Positions 1-8,301 of a stretch of 20,000 bases of DNA are shown piece after piece (position 1 is the stretch's first letter; each line of letters opens with the position of its first letter). Where the stretch lies: positions 194,304-214,303 of the forward strand of contig NW_005201493.1 of NCBI RefSeq assembly GCF_000372725.1, read 5' to 3'. Made by a program: the position numbers and the translations under genes. The notes under the pieces are model-generated. The model made no database searches. It saw only the letters and a program-made list of their open reading frames with translations, and had not been told where the DNA came from. Origin of the DNA: Emiliania huxleyi CCMP1516. Taxonomy: Eukaryota.

Positions 1-23
1 GGCGGCGGCGGTGGCGGCGACGC

Positions 24-705
24 CTGCGCGCCGAGCAGGAAGTACCAGCACTGCTGCGTGCACGGCCACGAGCAGCGGCAGCCGAGCCAGGGGGCGAAGA
101 AGGTGGCCTCCTCGGCCTGCGGCACGCCCGCCTGCGGCAGGCGGGGGGGCGCCCTTCTTCACTGAGGCAAGATGGAGCGGAGCGAAGGGAGGGAGGGCGG
201 AGCGGAGTGGAGAGAGAGGAGCGGAGCGGAGTGGAGAGAGAGGAGCGGACCGGAGTGGAGCGGAGGAGAGGAGTGGAGCGGAGGAGAGGAGTGGAGTGGA
301 GCGGAGGAGAGGAGTGGAGTGGAGCGGAGGAGAGGAGTGGAGCGCCGCCTGCGGCACGCTAAAGACGTTGACCGGCTTCGGCTCGTTGTCGCCGAGAGAG
401 CCGTCGTCCTGCGGCACGGCCTGGTACTGCACCTGGACCGACTGCCGGTACCCGAAGTCCTTGAGGTATGCGGAGATGGAGACCCACATCGCCCACATGA
501 AGACGTTCTTCTGCTCCTTGATCTCATAGCCGAGCTTCCCCAGCGCCGAGTCCTTGCCCTTTGCTTCGAGCTCGGCCACAAGACCCGTCGCCTCCTCGTT
601 GAGAATCGCACAGGGCAAGATCTGGTTCGGCAGCGGCAGGTCGTATGGGTGAAATTCCATGGGCCCGGTGATCATGAGCACCTTTGGCTCGGCGGCAAAC
701 CTCGC
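24..705 (-). CDS. Spliced exons of an unknown protein, absent from the ORF track; continues off the left edge
   Basis: Manual translation. Exon ~705-349 reads ARFAAEPKVLMITGPMEFHPYDLPLPNQILPCAILNEEATGLVAELEAKGKDSALGKLGYEIKEQKNVFMWAMWVSISAYLKDFGYRQSVQVQYQ...VNVFSVPQ. A GC-AG intron (348-117) joins it in frame to exon 116-24, AEEATFFAPWLGCRCSWPCTQQCWYFLLGAQ. Codons are GC3-rich. The 5' end is uncertain (Met at 675 or acceptor at 707-706). Confidence 0.7.
172..342. repeat. Intronic pentamer tandem repeat (GGAGC/GGAGT/GGAGA)
   Basis: Directly visible; lies inside the predicted 348-117 intron. Confidence 0.9.
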
Positions 706-1279
706 CTGCCGAACGCTGGACTCTCGCTCGAGGACCAAGTGGCTGCACCCAGCGCAGCGGCACCCCGGCCTCGGCGGTGCAGCACGACGGCGCAGGCCAC
801 GGCCTCTTCGAATAGGCCCGGCGATCGCTGCGGCCGTGTTGGTCAGCGCGGGGCAAAAGAATTTTACAAGTTAGCGCTCCCACGACACGATTCACGCGAT
901 AGCGCACCACACACCTCTCCTTAAAATCCCTGTGTGGTGGCGGCGTGCCGTCCTCCCATCCCTCCCTTGGGTTGTCTGTTTTCTTTCTTTCTTTCTTTAC
1001 GATTCACGCGACAGGCGAGGCGCGGGCGACGGCTTCCTCACATCCTCAGAAGCCGTCGCCCGCACCACAGGAGCAGTCACACCAAGAAATTGCGGCGCCA
1101 ACAGGAAGCTCGATTTTTTTGTTTTCCTTTCCTTTTCGTTTTGCCTTTCCGAGAGAGAGAGATTTTGTTTTGAGAGCGCCTTCGTTGTTAATAGTACAAA
1201 CCCAACGGTCCTCTGTTTTGTTTGCCTTTCCGTGCCGATGTGTGTCCTCCTCGAGCCTGGCTGTTCTTCGCCTTTCTAT

Positions 1280-2173
1280 CTACTCTGTGAGTGCGGCCAC
1301 GCCTTGTCGTGCCAGTATTATAGAAAGAACAACATGAACATCCAACCCCCAAATCCAAACATAGAATTTTGGATTTTGCTGCCACGCATTCTTTCTGCTG
1401 GCGAGGTGCTTCCAGCCTGCTGTGGGAACAGCTGACGCAGTCTCGAGGCATTCTGGGGAATGCTTCTCTGCCGCCGCAGCGGGCGCTGCCGCCGCCGGCG
1501 CGCCGCCCAATGCCGCCGACCCTGCCGCCACCGCCGCCGCGCTCGACGCCACGGACGAGTCGAGCGGCTTGCCCAGCGCCACCGCCCCTGCGGCCGCAGC
1601 GGGCGGCGCACCTCCGGCGGCAGCGCCCGCTGCGGCGGCAGGGGCGGCGGCGTTGGGCGAGCTGCTCTGCACAATGCCATCGGCATTGCCCGCTGCGGCG
1701 GCAGGGGCGGCGGCGCTGGGCGGCGTGCCGCCGGCGGCAACGCCCGCTGCGGCGGCCTCGGCCGACTGTGCGTGGGACGTCGCTGGCGAACGAGCGTTTG
1801 CCACGCCGGAGCGACTCGCATGCACAATGTGAAAGATGCGGCCCGAGATCTCGGCTTCTGGGATACCAATCCAACCGTACCTTGTGGACCAGTTTCCCGC
1901 TTTATAAGCCGACTCTTGGAAGTTTGCCTTGAGTTGCTGCCTGCATCCGCTGCTGGCGGCGCCGCAGACAGCTCGCCAGTTTGCGTCGGCACTGCAGGAA
2001 AAGTTGATCTCTATGAGCGAGTGCCGATCGCACTGGTTGCCTGGTTTGCAAAAACGGCAGGTTGCGCGTCCTTCCAAGTAGTTGACGCCGCACCTCGCAC
2101 ACTGAACAGCGCTGGCGGAGGCGACCGCTCGCCGCTGGAGCACCACTGTCTCTCTCTGTCTTGTCAACGTCAT
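1280..2173 (-). CDS. Hypothetical protein with a Cys/His zinc-binding-like motif and an Ala/Pro/Gly-rich repeat linker
   Basis: ORF 1280..2269 has its first ATG at 2173. It contains CARC-x10-CRFC-x5-CDRH followed by an AAAPAAAAG repeat region. It may be an upstream exon of the 705-24 gene; the 3' end of the ORF may be intronic. Confidence 0.45.
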   Translation of the reverse strand: MTLTRQRETVVLQRRAVASASAVQCARCGVNYLEGRATCRFCKPGNQCDRHSLIEINFSCSADANWRAVCGAASSGCRQQLKANFQESAYKAGNWSTRYGWIGIPEAEISGRIFHIVHASRSGVANARSPATSHAQSAEAAAAGVAAGGTPPSAAAPAAAAGNADGIVQSSSPNAAAPAAAAGAAAGGAPPAAAAGAVALGKPLDSSVASSAAAVAAGSAALGGAPAAAAPAAAAEKHSPECLETASAVPTAGWKHLASRKNAWQQNPKFYVWIWGLDVHVVLSIILARQGVAALTE

Positions 2174-2365
2174 CCACCACAAGCAACTCAGAGGGCTGCA
2201 CGATGTATCGCGCAACGAGCCGACGCGCCCGGCTGTGGTAAAACGCAAAAGAAAGGGAAGCGGGGCCACGGACTGGAATTGTGCGATGGAGATGGAAGGC
2301 TACCGGGTACCACCGAAGCGAAAGAAAATTCCTTGTGATCTGACCCTTTGTCGGCGCGAGCGTAT

Positions 2366-4884
2366 ATGCTCGGAGAGGCAAAGTATGCTGTCGCTGCGTT
2401 GCAGCGCACACTTAAGCGCGATGCTGACATTTCACAGGCTTCTCTCGATTGCTTGCGACACAGACTCGACGCAGTGGCGCGTGCACGCGCGCATTTGCCC
2501 TCCGCATCGGACAGCGGTGGCGGCGGCTCGCATTGCGCACATGAAGAGGATGATTGGAGCGGCAACGCTGGCAGCGAGCACGCTGGCAGCCCAAAGGACA
2601 CCGCCCATCCGAGAGATTGGAGCACACTGCCCATCCGAGAGATCAGGAACTGGCATCCAGTGATTGACGAGGTTGACGGAGAGCTGCGGGCGTGCGTCCA
2701 AGGAGACTGCGACGGTGTTCTCTGGCGCAGCGGGCCAATCATCTCGCGGGCAGACGACAACCGGCTCGTGTGCGAGAAGGGTGGTGGGAGAGAGGTTTAC
2801 ATCCTAGTTGGCAGCCTCAATTTCGGTGCACGCCAACGGCTCGCCTTCCTCAGTCACACCGCTTTATCTCACTTCAGCGATGGCTTTCCCAGCAACTGGA
2901 AAGAGCGTCTAATTGTGGGAAACGTCAACCACCGGCGACCAATACTCTTTCCAGACGGCGAGTCGACCATCTGTCGTGAAGACATAGACGAGCTCGATCA
3001 CCATCCAAGGGCAAACATACCCGGCGCCGCAGCTGGCCCCGCCCTGGACCTCCTCCAGCGCGTCCAGGTTGTGCCGTACTCCGTCCTAGGGGAGCAGCTC
3101 GTGCGCGGCGAGGGCGTCGTGGACCGGGCTGGCCCTCCCGACGCCGGCGTTGTGTTTTGCGACCCGGCCGGGCTGCCCTTCATCCAGCGCACCGGCCCTG
3201 GCGGCGCGGGCGGCGCGTCGGGAGCCATCTACGACTTTCTCGGCATCCGCGACGACGACGCCTTCCCGGAGCCGGTGCGCGAGGCTGTGACGGCGGTCGG
3301 CCTCGCAAAGCACCACGCGTACCCACAGGAGGAGGGAGGACCCCTCCACTGCATCCACACCGTCGGTCCGAACTTCAACTGCCGGTGCGCCGCCCCTCCC
3401 GCCGTCTCGCCGCGCCGCCGGCCGCGCGGGCCGCGCCTCACCGGCCGCGCGCCGCCCGGCCGCCGCCTCGTCCAGGCGCGATGACGGCAGCCAGCACTCT
3501 CGCGAGGAGGCGCAGAAGGAGCTCGCCGCGGCGTACAAGAACGTGCTCTGCGAGTTCCACGCGGCGGCGAGCGGCGAGGGCGGCCCGACACAGCTGAGGC
3601 TGCTGCCCATCTCCGGCGGCATCTTTGCCGGCCCCTTTGCCGACGAGATTGCGCCGCTGACGATGGACGCGCTCGGCGCGGCGGCGGCGGAGCTGCCTCG
3701 AGAGGTGCCTCCAGAGGCGGGGAACACGAGGAGGGAGCTCCGCGCTAAACCCCCCCCTTCCCGCACAGGTGAGCGCCCATATCCTCGCGCCTGCCAGCCC
3801 GCCGCTGCTCCTCTGCGTCTTTCTGCGCGACGAGCTCGACGCCTTCGAGCGGGCGCACAGGATCGCCACGGGCGAGGAGGCGCCGCTGCCCGACGCGTCC
3901 GCATCCACCGAAGCGCCCGCCGAAGCGGCTGCTGAAGCGCCCGCCGAAGCGGCTGCTGAAGCGCCCGCCGAGGCGCCTGCCGAGGCGCCCGCCGAGGCGC
4001 CCGCCGACGCCGCACCGCCCGATGCCGACGCCGACGCCGCACCGCCCGACGCTGCACCGCCCGATGCCGCTGATGACGACAGTGAGGACCCGTTTGGCTT
4101 ACATGAATTGTTCGCCGAGCAATCGCCCGCAGCTGCGCCAGCGCCCGCCGCCGCTCCCGCCCCCGCGGCTCCCGCACCGGCCGCGGCCCCCGCACCGGCG
4201 GGCACCGAGGTTGACGATGTCACAGTGATTCCGGCGGCGGCGCCGGCTCCGCCTGCGGCGATCGAAATCGGCAGCCGCGCGCTCTACCGCAGCCAGGTGG
4301 TGACCGTGACGGGAATCCACTGGGACGACGAAGGGGACTACTACACCGTCAAGCTCCCGTCGGGCGAGCTGCGCGACGTCGACGGGCCGCTGCACCCGCT
4401 TCTCCCCCACCCCGCAGCCCCTGCACCCGCGGTGGGAGCGCAGCAACCGGCGCAGCAGCCGCCGCAGCAGCCGCCGCAGCAGCCGCCGGTCGGGGTGGCC
4501 CCGTTGCCCTGGCCACCTCCGCCCCCGCCACCTCCGCCCATGCAACCGCCAACCCGCCGGCGGCCATTTAGCAGCCAGCTTCCGAGTGTGGCTAGGCTGG
4601 GGATCTTTGCCTCAAGGGGTCCAGCCCGCCTCTCAATAGAAGGAGGAGCAGCTGTATCTGGTCCTGCATTGCGCCCGCGGTGCTGCAGCTTTTGCCACAT
4701 CTCGGATGGGCAGGTGCTGGCTTGCTCCAAAGATGGCTGCAAGAAGGGTGTTCACCAGGAATGTTACCACACAGCCATGAGCAAGCCACCCTGCCCGCTC
4801 CCCAACCCCTCTGCCAAAAAAGCCCGAAGAAGTGCTCCTCTCTGTGCTACACACCTCGATCAGTTGGTGCCACAAGTGTACTAA
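2366..4884 (+). CDS. Multidomain chromatin protein: SANTA + macrodomain + Tudor/SH3-like + PHD finger (KNL2/M18BP1-related SANTA)
   Basis: Exons 2366-3384, 3476-3704 and 3769-4884 are joined in frame by GT-AG introns 3385-3475 and 3705-3768. SANTA ~2633-2911 (IRNWHP...VQG...WRSGPIISR...VYILVGSLN...FSDGFPSNWKERL). Macrodomain ~3060-3860 (DPAG...GPGGAGGASGAIY...IHTVGPNF...LAAAYKNVL...LLPISGGIFAG...LLCVF). Beta barrel 4261-4392. PHD 4681-4860 (CxxC, Cx4C, HxxC, CxxH). Start codon uncertain. Confidence 0.8.
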
Positions 4885-4994
4885 GGTTTCTATATATGCA
4901 AGAGAGTATTCTAAGGCTCAAGTCTCACACATCCCTCGTCTTGTACCAAAAAGCAGGAAAGAGACCTAGTGTACGACTAAGAAACAAACACACG

Positions 4995-7900
4995 AGCCTC
5001 TCTCCCAGTCCCTCAGGCCTTCTGGCATCCCTTTGCGGTGCGCATTCTCAATCTGCTGCAGCGCGGGTTTGCAGTCGCATAGCACTAAGCACCGCCGCGC
5101 TTGCGCGTCGCTCGCGCTCGCCATTTTGCGTAAGTATGCGAGTATCGCGTACATCTCCGCGTCTATCGGCTCCCACATGTTCGGCAGCTTTCCTCCCCAC
5201 ATTCCCGCCCCAAACGCTATCCGTATCTCCCCTTCTTCACAGGGTCCGATTCCGTTGGGATCCTTTACCTGTGCGTCTCCCGGGACGCTCTTTCCGAATC
5301 GTGTCGGTCCTTCGAACACGCCGTACGCCACCCTAGGGTTCGGCACGTACTTTCCATCCTCCGCCCTTTTGTCTTCATGGTCCTTTCCTCCGTCCGTCGC
5401 CGCAAAGTGTGTGAACTGGTGTGAGACGTGCAGCGCGAGGCATGTCTGCGCTACTTTCACGTTCAAGGCTCGTCCCTTCCCCGACCGCAGCGGCTCGCTG
5501 TCTTTTCCCATCTTAATTCGCTTCCCGTTGCCGTCCGTCAGCTCTCCCCCCGTCTCAAATTCGTCGTATCGGAGCAGGAAGCGCGTTAGGGGGTCCTCCT
5601 GTAGCTCCCCTACTCTGATCGCGCTCGCCCCGTGTCCGTGCCCCACGAACAGCTCGTAGTCTTCTTTCTTCCAGTTTATGTGTCTCTGGGGCGCCCCCTC
5701 TGGGAACAACGTCTCATCCGCCCCGAGGCTCCCCTCCTGTCGCTCCCTCTCCTGTCTCTCCATCATCTTTCTCACCGCGTCCTTCGTGATCTTATTTTGC
5801 TCGGGTATCTCCTCCTCCCATGTCGCGTTGGTATCGAGGCCCGGGGTCCCCTCCAGCTTTATCACTCGATTGTCCCCGTCCTCTCTCGACCCCAGTTGCG
5901 TGCCGCTGTCTTGCGCCGGTTTCTTCCCCCCGAGGTAGAGCGTCCTGGCCTTCCCCTCCACTCGGATGTCCGTCCTGGTTCGCCCTTCTTCGAACGTGTG
6001 TTCTGTCATGTTGGGTGCGCTTGTGCACACCCCGTTAACCTCCCTGCTGTATTCAATGAATCGATCGAGCACGTCGCTCCACGACGGAGCATTACTCTCT
6101 CCATCGCACGTCTCTAGTGCTCTGTCCGCTTGCGCTGCCTCCGGCCCCGATCTACCTAGTCTTCTGCGGTGTTCTAGCCACTCTCGGAAGGACGCCGCTT
6201 GCCGTCTCGCGCCTTGCGCGTGCATTAGCTCCCGCTCCCATGTGTGGGGCATCTTATCGTGCCACACCCAGCTGTCGCTCTGCTCGCCTTCCCATTCGCA
6301 GAGGTACTCCCATCCGTGTTCGTCCTCCTCCGTGCCTCCCCCGTAGCAGGTCGGCGCCTTCCTTGCCGCCTTCACCTTCCGCACCCTATCGGGCGCCCTC
6401 CGTTCCGTCTTCTGTCCGTGTGCGCGCTCTTCTATGGCCGCCCACTTCCAGTATTGTCGCAGCTGCGCCCACTCTGGTCGCTCCAGCTGCTCCGCCAGCC
6501 TCTTGTATTCGCTATGTTCCGTCGTGTTGTCTTTGAGGCCATAGACTCGCTTCATTTGCGGCCACGTCAACACTTCCCCGGTGCCCCATTCTGACACGTC
6601 CGACCATGTCGCTATCCCGTGCTTGGCTAGGTTACGTGCAAAGTCACACGCGAGGCCTTGGTTATTCCAGCCATGACTCCTTGTCTCAAAGAGGAGCGGG
6701 CCCAGTACTCTCTTTCGGCTCTCGGTCGTTCTCCACGCCTCGGGTCTGAGCGGCCCCTTCGTGCTCTCTTCCCACCCCGCTGTCGTGACCGTCTCCACCC
6801 CACACCTCCATTTTGCCTTTAGATATGCTTCGATCATTAGTTCGTCCGAGAGCTCCCTTTCCCAGTCCCAGCTCGGCTTCCACTCCAGCGGGTTGTCACT
6901 TCGGCATCCCAGCCTCCTCAACGTGTGCGCTAGGCTGCTCTCCACGGCCACCCTCGCTGGTTCCCCTTCCACCGCGCTGAGGGCCCGGTCCACTTGATCG
7001 ATCAGCGCCGCCGCTGCGTACGTGTACGCGTGTTCCATTCCCATCCCTCCTCTCTCCTTCACATCGTAAATTTGTAGTCGCGGGATTCCTACCGAGTACC
7101 CTTTTGCGTTTAGGGCGCTCGCCCTCACTTGTTCGATGCTCTGGCAGTNNNNNNNNNNNNNNNNNNNNNNNNNNNNNNNNNNNNNNNNNNNNNNNNNNNN
7201 NNNNNNNNNNNNNNNNNNNNNNNNNNNNNNNNNNNNNNNNNNNNNNNNNNNNNNNNNNNNNNNNNNNNNNNNNNNNNNNNNNNNNNNNNNNNNNNNNNNN
7301 NNNNNNNNNNNNNNNNNNNNNNNNNNNNNNNNNNNNNNNNNNNNNNNNNNNNNNNNNNNNNNNNNNNNNNNNNNNNNNNNNNNNNNNNNNNNNNNNNNNN
7401 NNNNNNNNNNNNNNNNNNNNNNNNNNNNNNNNNNNNNNNNNNNNNNNNNNNNNNNNNNNNNNNNNNNNNNNNNNNNNNNNNNNNNNNNNNNNNNNNNNNN
7501 NNNNNNNNNNNNNNNNNNNNNNNNNNNNNNNNNNNNNNNNNNNNNNNNNNNNNNNNNNNNNNNNNNNNNNNNNNNNNNNNNNNNNNNNNNNNNNNNNNNN
7601 NNNNNNNNNNNNNNNNNNNNNNNNNNNNNNNNNNNNNNNNNNNNNNNNNNNNNNNNNNNNNNNNNNNNNNNNNNNNNNNNNNNNNNNNNNNNNNNNNNNN
7701 NNNNNNNNNNNNNNNNNNNNNNNNNNNNNNNNNNNNNNNNNNNNNNNNNNNNNNNNNNNNNNNNNNNNNNNNNNNNNNNNNNNNNNNNNNNNNNNNGCCC
7801 TCGCCGTTTGCCCACCCGGTCCTTAGCTCCGTTCCGAGGTATTTGTATCTCTCGTCTCCCTTCAGCTGTGGTATCGGCATGCCATCCGGCATCCTCATTT

Positions 7901-8199
7901 CGTAGCCCTCGACATCCCGCTCTTCGTTGTTCTCCCAGTACGTCGCTGACCATGCCGATTTCTTCTTCTTTTTGACCTGGAGGCTGTTGCCACAGATCTT
8001 TGTCACTAACCATGCGCACTCTAGCGCTAGCTGCATCGTGGCTATGTCGTTGCTGAGGAACAGGCCGTCGTCGGCGTACACTAGCTGCGGCACGCTCTCA
8101 CCCGCCGCTGTGAAATCAAATCCTCTACACAGCTTACTGACTGTTCGCTGCATCACGGCCAGCATGAGCTTGCTACGTGCGGGCGAAAGGAGGCACCCT
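4995..8199 (-). mobile_element. Non-LTR retrotransposon (LINE) fragment: partial RT + chromodomain-like module + partial RNase H
   Basis: RT motifs GCLLSP (from 8198), YADD (8078-8067) and YKYLG (7847-7833). Post-RT motif IYDVKERGGMG (~7040-7070). Chromo-like RVRKVKAARK...WEYLCEWEGEQSDSWV (~6215-6390). RNase H acidic residues ATDGG, DAEMYAI and LCDCK (5420-5070). No stops on either side of the 7149-7796 gap; frame across the gap cannot be checked. Confidence 0.9.
7149..7796. other. Assembly gap (N run)
   Basis: N run inside the LINE. Confidence 1.
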
Positions 8200-8301
8200 C
8201 CACCTCGAGAACGTGCAGCTGTTGTGTCACCGCGGTTTCTCTCCGCCACGGTATCGTTGCGGATGCCAAGCCGGCTCGCCTCTCGACGAGAGGCCAAGGC
8301 C

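Noticed and set aside
172..924. 250 aa plus-strand ORF
   Set aside because: Antisense shadow of the minus-strand exons plus the intronic repeat.
1460..2338. 292 aa plus-strand ORF
   Set aside because: Shares codon register with the more plausible minus-strand ORF and is Arg-rich across the repeat; not fully excluded.
4681..4884. PHD finger as part of the adjacent LINE
   Set aside because: It is on the opposite strand and in frame with the macrodomain exon.
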